DNA of 64,000 nucleotides from an uncultured Bacteroidales bacterium. GTDB lineage: Bacteria > Bacteroidota > Bacteroidia > Bacteroidales > WCHB1-69. A model generated the notes under the pieces. It saw nothing but the letters and a program-made list of their open reading frames with translations. It was not told where the DNA came from and searched no databases. Below are positions 10,831 to 20,353 of this stretch, in pieces; within the stretch, counting starts at the first letter, position 1; each line of letters opens with the position of its first letter. Where the stretch lies: the NCBI GenBank assembly GCA_900315245.1, contig OMYJ01000009.1, positions 14,775 through 78,774 on the forward strand. Direction: 5' to 3'. Position numbers and translations under genes: made by a program.

Positions 10831-10903
10831 GGGTGAATCAATTCGTTGAGCGAATCAATTCGCGGCGAATATTATTCGCAGGGCGAATATTATTCGCCCC
10901 TAC
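10831..10903 (-). repeat. Cluster of GTAG-class REP-like palindromes (GTAGGGGCGAATAATATTCGCCC and decayed tandem copies)
   Basis: About four GAAT-n-ATTCG units ending in CGCCCCTAC; the GTAG supplies the TAG stop of the minus-strand gene. Confidence 0.7.
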
Positions 10904-13900
10904 TGGAAGGCGTTCTCGCTCAGGCCGTCGCCGGAGATGGCGAGGCGCGACATGTAAGACGGGGCCTCCTTGCCGAGGTACTTATCGACGTAGATCTTGG
11001 CGAGGTACTGTCCCAACATAAAGCCATGGCCACGCATACCGACCAACAGGCCATGCTCGGGATCCACTATGTAGCGCGGCTCGGTGTAGTAACCGGCCCA
11101 CGTGGCCTGGAAGCTGACGTTCTTGAGCTGCGGAATCCAGTCGATGAACATCTCCGCGCACACCTGCAGGAACTCTTGCGTATTGTATTTCAGCTCCTTG
11201 CCGGCCTGCTGCTGCTCAGTCGCGGGCGACGCGCAGCCGATGATCTGGCCGGTCTCCGCGAACTGCTGACCATAGACGGCGGAGAAGCCTTTGTACTTCC
11301 GACGGTCGATGAGCATGTCCAAAGAGTCGCCGTCCTTACCCAGCATCGGCAGACGATGCGTGATAAAGGCCTGGTGTTTAATCGGATATAAGCCAAGATA
11401 CATACCCAACTGTTCTGCGAATTTGTTGGCGCTCGGTCCGAGGGAGTTCACGAAATGTTCGCAATGGTACTCCACGTACTCTTTGTCGTGGGTCTTCACC
11501 AACGCCATGAAACCCTTGGCGGTCTTGCGCACCTCTAACAGACGGGTGTCCTCCAGCAGCACGCCGCCGTGCTCAATGGCGATGTTGCGGATGTAGTTGA
11601 TGGTGGGACCCGGCGTGGCCTGCCAGCACGCATTGGTGATGCAGGCAGCTTGATAGGTGTTGAGGTTCGGGTTGAAGTAGGGCGAAACCTCCTTCACGAA
11701 GTCCTTCTTATCGACCATGTAGCCGTCGCTCCATTCGAGGGATTTCTCCAACGCCTTATAGTTGGCCTCGTCGTGGGCGAACCCGACATAGCGGGTCGGC
11801 TTGTAGTTGATGTTGGTGACCTTCTGGATGGATTCGAAGATGGCGCGGTTGTGTTCCGCGATGTCGGCGATTTCCGGTACAGAGAAGCTGGGACGACCGC
11901 CACCGATGCAGCGCCAGGAGGAGCCGCGTTCGGCGTTGCAGAGCACCACCTTCTTGCCGGCCTCGGCGAAGTAACGGAAGAGGCCGCTGCCCGTGATGCC
12001 GCCGCCCGCCACGAAGACGTCGCACTCGACCTTCTTGGTCGGATGGCCGTTGACGTTCGTCACGAAGACTTCGGGCTTGTCGTTCGGGCAGAGTTCGCCG
12101 ATGTTGAGCTGAGAGGAGAGCGGGCCGCGCGGGGTGGCGTCGCCCACGACTTCCACACCGTGGCCAGCCAGCAGCAGCTTCACGCGCGGGATGCAGCGTT
12201 TGCCGCGGCACGGACCCATACCGATGCGGGTGATATGCTTCAACTCATCCACGGAGATGATCTTCTTGCCCTTCACGGCCTCGAGAATAGTCTCAATCTT
12301 CACGTCGTCGCAATGGCAGACGAAGGCGGGATCTTCTTCTTTCTTATCCAGCTTTTGCCAGTTCAGCGGTTCGGGATAGTTCTCCTTCAGGATGAAACCG
12401 GTAACGTTCATCATTGCTTCACCGTTGATATCCAGGGCTTTCACGCGGGCGACGTGCGTCTTGTTCTCGCCCTTCGTAATTTTTTCGATGATACCTTCGC
12501 CAACCTTCTGGCCATTGTCATCCACCAAGTAAACCTCGGCGTTCTCCTCCGCATCGTACTCGAACGGCAGGAAGAGCCAGTTCTTCGGGATGTTGTAGCC
12601 GAATAGGGCCAAGCCGGGACAATGGTTGACGCACTTCATACAGCCGATACACTTGTCGTAATCGATCTGCGGCACGTGGTTGGTGGCGATTTTGGTGATA
12701 GCGCCTTGCGGGCAGGCGAACGTGCAAGGGTTGCAGGCGAAACCGTAGAGACAGTCGGCCATGACGAACGGCTTCTGCAGGCGGTCGCCGGAGGGACGGT
12801 TGGGTTTTTCAAGCACGCGCACAGGATGTTGCTGGGAATCAGCGTAATCCTTGGTCACGGCGAGGTAGTCGTCGTAGTTGAAACGCACGTTGAGCGCCTG
12901 GGCAATCTCCATGGCGGCCTGCTTGCCGCGCAACACGGCGCAAGTGCCCTCACCCACGCGGGTGGCGTCGCCAATGCCGTAGGTATTGAGCCCGAAAGTG
13001 ACCTTGCCCTTTTCAAGGATGAGGTTGTCAGGCTTCAGACCGGTACATATATTAATAAGGTCGATGTCTTTGATGACCTGTTCCGTGCCGGGCACGGGTT
13101 GGAAGTTCTTGCATTCGGCAATCACCGCACCGATCACGCCGGTATGGTCCTCGTTGGGGATGGCCTTGAGCAGCGTATGGGAAGTGATGATGGGGATGCC
13201 GAGACGGCGCACGCGGTTGGCCTGCACCGGGAATCCGCCTTCGTGGTCCATGGCCTCAACGATGGCCACCACTTTCGCACCCGCCTGAACGGCCTGATAC
13301 GAAGTAAGGTAGCCGATATTGCCGGCACCGATGGTGAGGATGCGCTTGCCGAGGAGCGTGTGCTGCAGGTTCATCATCTTCTGCACAACAGCGGCGGTAT
13401 AGACGCCTGGCAGGTCATCGTTCTCGAAGGTGGGCATGAACGGGAACGCGCCCGTAGCCACGACGAGGAAGTTGGCATCCACGAAGAAGATGCTGCCGTC
13501 CTCCATATTCTTGGCAGCCACGCGCTTGCCTTCGAGGATGTCCCACACGGTGCTGTTGAGCAGGATGCCGGAGTGGTCGTCACCAGCCAGCGTCTTGGCG
13601 ATGTCAAAACCGCGCATGCCGCCGTACTTCTGCTCCTTCTCGAAGAAGAAGAACTGGTGGGTCTGCATCGTGAACTGACCGCCGATGCGGTCGTTGTTGT
13701 CGATGACGATGTTGGGGATGCCGAACTTGTTGAGCTGTTCGCGGCAGGCGAGGCCAGCAGGACCCGCGCCGATGATGGCGACTTCGGTCTTATAGACTTT
13801 CGGGGCGGCGGCGGGTTTGTCGGCAGCAGTTTCGGGAAGATAGTTGTGGGCAATCTCCTCCACCTTTTTCACGCCATCGACGAGGGTGACGCAGATGCGC

Positions 13901-14130
13901 TTCACCACGCCATCGACGAGCATTTCGCAGGCGCCGCACTTGCCGATACCGCAGTCCATGCTGCGCTCGCGGCCTTTCAAACTGTGACTGTGGATGGGAA
14001 AACCCGCCTGATGCAATGCAGCGGCGATAGTGTAGCCTTTCGCGGCCTTAACTTGCTGACCCTTGTACTCAAAGGTCGTGATCTCCCTTTCGGGAATATC
14101 CAAAATGGGATGGTGTAAAATTGGATACAT
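10900..14130 (-). CDS. Multidomain FAD/Fe-S oxidoreductase (2Fe-2S + pyridine-nucleotide-disulfide + 2x4Fe-4S + BFD + DAO-type domains); fused sarcosine-oxidase/opine/proline-dehydrogenase-like subunits
   Basis: CGIGKCGAC..C, GAGPAG, GAGNIG, CNPCTFACP / CIGCMKCVNHCP, CHC...GMGPCRGKRC, GGGITG. Start set at MYPILHHP. Confidence 0.85.
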   Translation of the reverse strand: MYPILHHPILDIPEREITTFEYKGQQVKAAKGYTIAAALHQAGFPIHSHSLKGRERSMDCGIGKCGACEMLVDGVVKRICVTLVDGVKKVEEIAHNYLPETAADKPAAAPKVYKTEVAIIGAGPAGLACREQLNKFGIPNIVIDNNDRIGGQFTMQTHQFFFFEKEQKYGGMRGFDIAKTLAGDDHSGILLNSTVWDILEGKRVAAKNMEDGSIFFVDANFLVVATGAFPFMPTFENDDLPGVYTAAVVQKMMNLQHTLLGKRILTIGAGNIGYLTSYQAVQAGAKVVAIVEAMDHEGGFPVQANRVRRLGIPIITSHTLLKAIPNEDHTGVIGAVIAECKNFQPVPGTEQVIKDIDLINICTGLKPDNLILEKGKVTFGLNTYGIGDATRVGEGTCAVLRGKQAAMEIAQALNVRFNYDDYLAVTKDYADSQQHPVRVLEKPNRPSGDRLQKPFVMADCLYGFACNPCTFACPQGAITKIATNHVPQIDYDKCIGCMKCVNHCPGLALFGYNIPKNWLFLPFEYDAEENAEVYLVDDNGQKVGEGIIEKITKGENKTHVARVKALDINGEAMMNVTGFILKENYPEPLNWQKLDKKEEDPAFVCHCDDVKIETILEAVKGKKIISVDELKHITRIGMGPCRGKRCIPRVKLLLAGHGVEVVGDATPRGPLSSQLNIGELCPNDKPEVFVTNVNGHPTKKVECDVFVAGGGITGSGLFRYFAEAGKKVVLCNAERGSSWRCIGGGRPSFSVPEIADIAEHNRAIFESIQKVTNINYKPTRYVGFAHDEANYKALEKSLEWSDGYMVDKKDFVKEVSPYFNPNLNTYQAACITNACWQATPGPTINYIRNIAIEHGGVLLEDTRLLEVRKTAKGFMALVKTHDKEYVEYHCEHFVNSLGPSANKFAEQLGMYLGLYPIKHQAFITHRLPMLGKDGDSLDMLIDRRKYKGFSAVYGQQFAETGQIIGCASPATEQQQAGKELKYNTQEFLQVCAEMFIDWIPQLKNVSFQATWAGYYTEPRYIVDPEHGLLVGMRGHGFMLGQYLAKIYVDKYLGKEAPSYMSRLAISGDGLSENAFQ

Positions 14131-14182
14131 GATTCTTGTTCTTATATTTTTGATTATTGTTGATTCCAAAAATTACAAGTTG

Positions 14183-14228
14183 CAAAAATAGTTTTTTTTC
14201 AATTTCATCGCAAAAAATCGTATTTTTG
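14183..14228. promoter_or_regulatory. Divergent pair of Bacteroidetes -7 promoter boxes
   Basis: TATTTTTG on the minus strand at 14183-14190 and on the plus strand at 14221-14228. Confidence 0.6.
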
Positions 14229-14235
14229 CCGCCGT

Positions 14236-14310
14236 TTTGAAAGGGGTGCCGTATGGCTGAGATCAGACCCGTTGAACCTGATGCGGATAATGCCGCCGTA
14301 GGGAAATTCA
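14236..14310 (+). ncRNA. TPP (thiamine pyrophosphate) riboswitch
   Basis: GGGGTGCC...GGCTGAGA...ACCC.TTGAACCTGATGCGGATAATGCC.CCGTAGGGAA matches the THI-box consensus; lies between a promoter box and a TonB-dependent receptor. Confidence 0.92.
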
Positions 14311-14371
14311 CAACGTCCTCTTATCCCTCTTTCAGTGTGTTTAACTTATTAATAACCAAACTGTTAGAGCT

Positions 14372-16705
14372 ATGTTTAAAAATGTACAATGTACAATGAA
14401 CAATGTACAAAACACAATGCACGTAGATAATCCCACGAGACTCAAACGGAAACGTGGAATTATCAATTATCAATTATCAATTATCAATTTATTGCTGCTT
14501 TGCATGCCTGTAGCCCTCTTCGCGCAGCAACCGGACACCGTGCAGCAGGGTACGGTGCCGGAGGTGACCATCCAATTCACGAAGCCCACGGTGCAGCAGT
14601 CGGCGAACGTTACCACGATGTCGATGCCGCAGATCCGTGCACAGCAAGGTAACGGCAGCGTCAACAACCTGCTGGAGCTGATGCCCTCCGTGGTGGTCAC
14701 TTCCGAGTCGGGTAACGGGTTGGGCGCCACCTACATGTTCATCCGCGGCATCGACCAGACCCGTATCAACACCACTCTCAACGGCGTGACCATCAACAAC
14801 GCCGAGTCGCAAGGTTCGTGGTTGGTGAACCTGCCCGACATGGGAACTTATATCGAGAATGTGAGCGTGCAGAGCGGTGCCAACACATCCGACGGTAGTA
14901 CTTCCTATGGTGCCCGTGTCGATTTCGTGACCCGCGACATCCCGTTGAAACCTTTTGCCGAGGCACGCACCGCGTATGGTTCCTTTAACACTTTCCACAA
15001 TATGGTGAGCGCGGGTACCGGACTCATCGGCAAGCGTTTCTCCATGCTCGCCTCCTTCTCCGACATCCGCAGCGACGGCTACATCGACTATTCCGGTGTA
15101 CGCCTCAACTCGGGCTTCCTCACCGCGCAACTCGACCTCTATAATTTCAAGAAGAACAAGGACAACGGTAAACTGCGTTTTCATTTGCTCTTTGGCAAGG
15201 AGAATTCCGGCTTGGCTTGGAATGGTGTGCCATACGACAGTCTTGCCACCAACCGCACCTACAATTCCTGCGGCGAATATTACGATGACAACGGCGTGCG
15301 TCACTACTACGAAAATTCCTACGACCACTACACCCAGACTTTCTACCAGTTAGAGTATCTCAAGGATTGGATCCGTCAGGGAGGCCTCCAACACCACAGC
15401 TTGCAGGTGATGCCCTATCTGACGCGTGGCTTCGGCTATTATGAGCAATATAAGGATGACAAAAAAATCAACAAATACGGCTTAGTACAATTGCACGAGG
15501 ATCAGAATCGTACTGACTTGGTTACGCAAAAGTATTTGGACAACTACTACTATGGACTCCATGCACAATACACAGGTTCACAAGTGTTTAAAAACCATAC
15601 CGACCAAGGTTTGCGTTGGGTGGCCGGCGCTGATGTGAGCAACTACAACGGCAACCACTACGGAGACATCGTTTGGGTGCAATCCGACAGGGTGGTGGAG
15701 TGCCCGCCGATGTATGAGTGGTATCGCGGCACTGGCAACAAGTTGCAGTCTAAGGTGTTCGGTAACTTGCGTTACTTTATCAAGAACTTCAGTGTGACGG
15801 GTGAATTGCAGTACCGTCGGGTGGATTACACCATTGACGGCGTTAACGACGAACTGGCTCCTATTCCGCAGGAGTACCACTGGAACTTCGTGAACCCGAA
15901 AGTCGCGTTGCACTATTACCTGCCACGCCCGAAGGTGAAACATAGCTTCGACCTCTCTTTTGCAACGGCCAACCGCGAACCCACCCGCAACGACCTCGTG
16001 GGTGCCCCCGACGACCGCAAACCGGTACCGGAAACCCTTTACGATGTGGAGTTCAGCTATATGAACTATAATGACAAATACTTCTTCAACACTACATTAT
16101 ACGGAATGTACTATAAGAACCAGCTGGTGCGCACTGGCGAGCTTGACCAGACCGGTGACCCGCTCATGACGAATGTTGATAAGAGCTACCGCGTGGGTAT
16201 TGAGTTGTCTGCTGCCTACAAACCTGTGCGTTTCTTCACGTGGCACATCAACGGTGGCTTCAGCCTCAACCGCATCCTCAACTACACACACTATGTCGAA
16301 GATTGGGAGAACGGCGGCTACGTGGAGCAGCAGATCGGCAATACGCCCATCGCCTATTCCCCGAACATCGTGCTGGGCAACGACTTCACCTTCACCCCGC
16401 TCAAGGACTTCAACATCAGCCTGATCACCAAGTTTGTCAGCAAACAGTATCTCAACAACTCCGGCGACGCGGCTTACATTCTGAAACCTTACACATACAC
16501 CAATCTGCGTCTCTCCTACACCTTCCACTTCAAAGCGTTGAAGGATTTGGAACTGTTCCTGAACATCAACAACCTCTTCAACACGAAGTATGAGACCAAT
16601 GCTGCTCTGTATGAAGGTTACTATGGCGGCGAGATTTCGTATGATCCGTACTATTTCCCGCAGGCGGGCATCAATTTCCTCGGTGGCGTGAGAGTCCGGT
16701 TTTAA
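14372..16705 (+). CDS. TonB-dependent receptor, probable thiamine outer-membrane transporter
   Basis: Plug-domain motif IRGIDQTRINTTLNGV, beta-barrel, C-terminal aromatic VRF; TPP riboswitch upstream. Exact start uncertain (14372/14396/14417). Confidence 0.88.
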   Translation: MFKNVQCTMNNVQNTMHVDNPTRLKRKRGIINYQLSIINLLLLCMPVALFAQQPDTVQQGTVPEVTIQFTKPTVQQSANVTTMSMPQIRAQQGNGSVNNLLELMPSVVVTSESGNGLGATYMFIRGIDQTRINTTLNGVTINNAESQGSWLVNLPDMGTYIENVSVQSGANTSDGSTSYGARVDFVTRDIPLKPFAEARTAYGSFNTFHNMVSAGTGLIGKRFSMLASFSDIRSDGYIDYSGVRLNSGFLTAQLDLYNFKKNKDNGKLRFHLLFGKENSGLAWNGVPYDSLATNRTYNSCGEYYDDNGVRHYYENSYDHYTQTFYQLEYLKDWIRQGGLQHHSLQVMPYLTRGFGYYEQYKDDKKINKYGLVQLHEDQNRTDLVTQKYLDNYYYGLHAQYTGSQVFKNHTDQGLRWVAGADVSNYNGNHYGDIVWVQSDRVVECPPMYEWYRGTGNKLQSKVFGNLRYFIKNFSVTGELQYRRVDYTIDGVNDELAPIPQEYHWNFVNPKVALHYYLPRPKVKHSFDLSFATANREPTRNDLVGAPDDRKPVPETLYDVEFSYMNYNDKYFFNTTLYGMYYKNQLVRTGELDQTGDPLMTNVDKSYRVGIELSAAYKPVRFFTWHINGGFSLNRILNYTHYVEDWENGGYVEQQIGNTPIAYSPNIVLGNDFTFTPLKDFNISLITKFVSKQYLNNSGDAAYILKPYTYTNLRLSYTFHFKALKDLELFLNINNLFNTKYETNAALYEGYYGGEISYDPYYFPQAGINFLGGVRVRF
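14381..14489. repeat. Two heptamer arrays inside the receptor N-terminus: AATGTAC-type x6 (14381-14422) and AATTATC x4 (14458-14485)
   Basis: Read directly; translated as NVQCTMNNVQ and INYQLSIIN. Confidence 0.85.
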
Positions 16706-16732
16706 TCGATCAGATTTTTATTGACTATTATT

Positions 16733-16767
16733 GTAGAGACGTTTCGCGAAACGTCTCTACTTTTTTT
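16733..16767 (+). terminator. REP palindrome GTAGAGACGTTTCGCGAAACGTCTCTAC followed by a T-run; probable intrinsic terminator
   Basis: 28-bp perfect palindrome plus T7, about 27 nt after the receptor stop. Confidence 0.75.
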
Positions 16768-16834
16768 ATAATTCGTCATCTCATCGCTTCATTGTCTCAC
16801 CGAAAAAGTGTATTTTTGCACCAAATTTAAAAAG

Positions 16835-18031
16835 ATGAAAACATTACGACAAGAATTTTTAGCCCATATTGGTCAAACCTCGCCAGAGCCGCTCCTTATT
16901 GAGGTGGAACGTGCTGAGGGAGTGTACTTTTACACGCCCGAGGGCAAACGATATTATGATTTGGTTTCCGGTGTGTCTGTGAACAATGTCGGACACGCGA
17001 ACCCGAAAGTGACGGCCGCTGTGCAGCAGCAAGCGGCTGACTATATGCATATTATGGTCTATGGCGAGATGGTGGAGCGCCCGCAGGTGCAATACGCCAC
17101 TCAGATTGCCAACTTGTTGCCTGATCCGTTAGACAGCGTCTATTTCGTCAATTCCGGCAGCGAGGCGGTGGAGGGCGCTTTGAAGCTGGCCAAGCGCTAT
17201 ACTGGGCGGCATAAGATGATGTCCATGCACTGCGCCTATCATGGCTCTAACCATGGTTCCCTCAGCATGATGGCTTCTCCCGAGGGCGACACATGGAAAG
17301 CCCCGTTCCAGCCGCTGCTTCCTGACGTGGGATACCTGTGGTTCAACAACTTCGGCGACCTCAACCGCATTGACGACCAAACCGCCTGCGTATTGGTCGA
17401 GCCGGTACAGGGCGAGGCTGGCGTCATCCCTCCGGAAGACGGCTACCTACAAGCACTCCGTCAGCGTTGCGATGAAACCGGCACTATGCTGATATTCGAC
17501 GAGATACAGACAGGAATGGGACGCACCGGCACCATGTTCGCCATGCAAAAATACGGAGTGACCCCTGACATCGTTTGCCTTGCAAAAGCTTTCGGTGGCG
17601 GAATGCCCCTCGGCGCTTTCATCTCCTCGAAAGAAATAATGGACTCCCTGCAAAGCAATCCCGTGTTAGGCCATATCACTACCTTCGGAGGACATCCCGT
17701 ATGTTGTGCCGCTGGGCTTGCTGCTCTGAATTATATTATAGACAATCAGCTTGTTAAAGATGTTGAAAGAAAAGGGAAACGTTATGAAGATGCGTTGAGG
17801 AACGCTCCGAATGTGTTGGAGATCCGCCGCAGCGGTCTGCTTATGGCCATCGAACTCGGCACCTCCGAGAAACTCTTCAAAATGATGGCGCTTTTCAAAG
17901 AAAACGGTATCATGAGCGACTGGTTCCTCTTCTGCGACACCGCCTTCCGCATCTCCCCGCCGCTGACGATTTCCGATGAGGAGATTGATGACTCTTGCCA
18001 GATAATCCTGGAATGCCTGAACAAACTATAA
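16835..18031 (+). CDS. Class III PLP aminotransferase (acetylornithine aminotransferase-like)
   Basis: NSGSEAVEGALK, EPVQGEAG, FDEIQTGMGRTG, AKAFGGG, TTFGGHP; TATTTTTG box at 16811-16818. Confidence 0.88.
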   Translation: MKTLRQEFLAHIGQTSPEPLLIEVERAEGVYFYTPEGKRYYDLVSGVSVNNVGHANPKVTAAVQQQAADYMHIMVYGEMVERPQVQYATQIANLLPDPLDSVYFVNSGSEAVEGALKLAKRYTGRHKMMSMHCAYHGSNHGSLSMMASPEGDTWKAPFQPLLPDVGYLWFNNFGDLNRIDDQTACVLVEPVQGEAGVIPPEDGYLQALRQRCDETGTMLIFDEIQTGMGRTGTMFAMQKYGVTPDIVCLAKAFGGGMPLGAFISSKEIMDSLQSNPVLGHITTFGGHPVCCAAGLAALNYIIDNQLVKDVERKGKRYEDALRNAPNVLEIRRSGLLMAIELGTSEKLFKMMALFKENGIMSDWFLFCDTAFRISPPLTISDEEIDDSCQIILECLNKL

Positions 18032-18113
18032 CTATAAACTTAGACTTAGACTTAAACTTAGACTTAAACTTTCAACCCGCTTCAATAACCAATAACCCAT
18101 AACCAATAACCAT
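18024..18113. repeat. Hexamer arrays (AACTAT x2, A[AG]ACTT x6) followed by heptamer array (CAATAAC-type x4)
   Basis: Read directly; fills the gap from the aminotransferase stop to the recG ATG. Confidence 0.85.
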
Positions 18114-18117
18114 TCTA

Positions 18118-20232
18118 ATGACCACTACCGACATACTACAAACCCCCATCGAATTCCTGAAAGGCGTGGGTGAAAAACGCGGTGCTGTGCTCCGAAAAGA
18201 GTTCAACATCCAGACTTTTAATGACTTGCTCTACTATTTTCCCTATCGTCACATTGACAAATCGCATGTATATCATGTCAGCGACATTGTGAATGACGGC
18301 GGCTATATCCTGTTGCGCGGCTCCATCCAAAATATCCGGATTGTCGGGCAGATGCGTGCACAGCGACTGACTGCGATATTCTCAGACGAAACGGGGTCTA
18401 TCGAGTTGGTGTGGTTCAACGGTATCCGCTGGGTGCAGGATGTGTTGAAGTCTCGCAAGGAGTTTGTTATCTTCGGCAAACCGACTCTTTTTAATGGCCG
18501 GTGGAACATCACTCATCCTGAGCTTATTGACCCGGCGCAACAACAGAACTCGCCCGTATCTTTGCGTTTCCAACCACTGTATAACACCTCCGAGACCGCT
18601 AAGAAAAAGTCATTGGACTCCAAGGCGGTGGCCAAGTTGACGGCAAATCTGCTTGCACAAGTAAAGGACATTATTCCGGAGACAATGCCAATGGAGATGG
18701 TGGAGGAGCTGCATCTGATGTCGCTTCGTGATGCTTTGGTCAACATCCATTATCCTGAAGACAGCCAGAAACTGTCACAGGCCACCCTCAGACTAAAATT
18801 CGACGAACTGTTTTTCACTCAACTCAAGCTACTGAAGCTCAAACTGATAAACACTAACCGATTTGAGGGTTACCCGTTCAAACAGGTCGGTCATTATTTC
18901 AACACATTTTATAAGGAGTGCCTGCCGTTTGACCTGACCAATGCGCAAAAGCGGGTTCTTCGGGAAATCCGTGGCGATGTGGGCAGCGGTCACCAGATGA
19001 ACCGTCTGTTGCAAGGCGACGTGGGTAGTGGAAAGACCATTATCGCGCTGTTCAGCATGCTATTGGCTATAGATAACGGATATCAGGCCTGTATTATGGC
19101 ACCTACCGAAATTCTGGCTACCCAGCATTACGAGAAAATCAGCAAACAACTGGAGCCCTTGAACTTACATGTTGAGTTTCTGTCGGGATCCACCAAGACA
19201 GCCAAACGCAAGCAAATTCTGACGGATTTGCAGAACGGTGAGGTCAATATCCTTATTGGCACGCATGCTTTGATAGAGGACAATGTGGTGTTCAGCAAGT
19301 TAGGACTTGTGGTGATAGATGAGCAGCACCGTTTCGGGGTGGAGCAGCGGGCAAAGTTGTGGCGGAAGAGCGGAGCCACACCTCCTCACATTCTGGTGAT
19401 GACGGCCACCCCGATTCCACGCACTCTCGCCATGACGCTTTACGGAGATTTGGACGTTTCCGTCATTGACGAACTGCCAGCGGGGCGAAAACCTATCGTC
19501 ACGAGCCATTTTTACGAGAAAGACCGCCTCAAAATGTTCGGTTTTCTAAAAAAACAGATTGCGGAAGGTCGGCAGGTTTATGTGGTGTATCCGCTGATTC
19601 AGGAGTCCGAAGCGCTGGATTTGCTGGACTTGCAGGCCGGTTACGAGGCTTTCGAGCGCAGTTTTCCGCCTCCTGAATACAGCATCGGGGTGGTTCATGG
19701 CAGAATGAAGGCCGAGGAGAAGGACTACACCATGGGTTGTTTCAAAAAGGGGCAGATTCAGATTCTGCTCTCCACCACTGTCATCGAGGTGGGCATCGAT
19801 GTGCCGAACGCCACGGTGATGGTCATTGAGAACGCCGAGCGGTTCGGATTGTCGCAGCTGCACCAGTTGCGCGGGCGTGTGGGTCGCGGCGGCAACCAGT
19901 CATACTGCATACTCATGTCCAAGTACGAGCTTTCCACCGAGGGTCGCAAGCGGCTAAACGCCATGGTGGAGACCAACGACGGCTTCGAAATCGCCAATTT
20001 CGACCTGCAGCTGCGCGGTCCCGGTGACCTGCAGGGCACGCGGCAGAGCGGGATGTTGGACTTCAAAATCGCCGACCTCACCAAAGACGAGAAATTAGTG
20101 GCCTACACCCGCAACTACGCGCAACAGATTCTCGAAAAAGATCCGGATTTGACGCTCCCCGAGCACAAACGCCTTGCCGAAACGTTGGAGAAACAGATGC
20201 AACGGGACACGAATTGGAGTGTCATCAGCTGA
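18118..20232 (+). CDS. recG: ATP-dependent DNA helicase RecG
   Basis: QGDVGSGKT, DEQHRFGV, MTATPIPRTL, QLRGRVGRG, DLQLRGPG. Confidence 0.97.
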   Translation: MTTTDILQTPIEFLKGVGEKRGAVLRKEFNIQTFNDLLYYFPYRHIDKSHVYHVSDIVNDGGYILLRGSIQNIRIVGQMRAQRLTAIFSDETGSIELVWFNGIRWVQDVLKSRKEFVIFGKPTLFNGRWNITHPELIDPAQQQNSPVSLRFQPLYNTSETAKKKSLDSKAVAKLTANLLAQVKDIIPETMPMEMVEELHLMSLRDALVNIHYPEDSQKLSQATLRLKFDELFFTQLKLLKLKLINTNRFEGYPFKQVGHYFNTFYKECLPFDLTNAQKRVLREIRGDVGSGHQMNRLLQGDVGSGKTIIALFSMLLAIDNGYQACIMAPTEILATQHYEKISKQLEPLNLHVEFLSGSTKTAKRKQILTDLQNGEVNILIGTHALIEDNVVFSKLGLVVIDEQHRFGVEQRAKLWRKSGATPPHILVMTATPIPRTLAMTLYGDLDVSVIDELPAGRKPIVTSHFYEKDRLKMFGFLKKQIAEGRQVYVVYPLIQESEALDLLDLQAGYEAFERSFPPPEYSIGVVHGRMKAEEKDYTMGCFKKGQIQILLSTTVIEVGIDVPNATVMVIENAERFGLSQLHQLRGRVGRGGNQSYCILMSKYELSTEGRKRLNAMVETNDGFEIANFDLQLRGPGDLQGTRQSGMLDFKIADLTKDEKLVAYTRNYAQQILEKDPDLTLPEHKRLAETLEKQMQRDTNWSVIS

Positions 20233-20353
20233 TTTCTTGACGAATGATATTGGAAGGACCTTTATCAGAAAAAACATTTATCGTCATTGATTGCATCCTC
20301 GTTTTTTTCAACTTTTTTTGTACTTTTGCAGCCAAATAATTATATTTAGCAAT

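Noticed and set aside
10713-11391. Small ORFs over the dpp7/oxidoreductase junction (RILFAGRILFAPT, RGEYYSQGEYYSPL)
   Set aside because: These are translations of the REP cluster plus antisense sequence, not genes.
11569-14118. 345-aa and 498-aa plus-strand ORFs opposite the oxidoreductase
   Set aside because: Antisense shadows of a GC-rich gene, with no motifs or independent signals.
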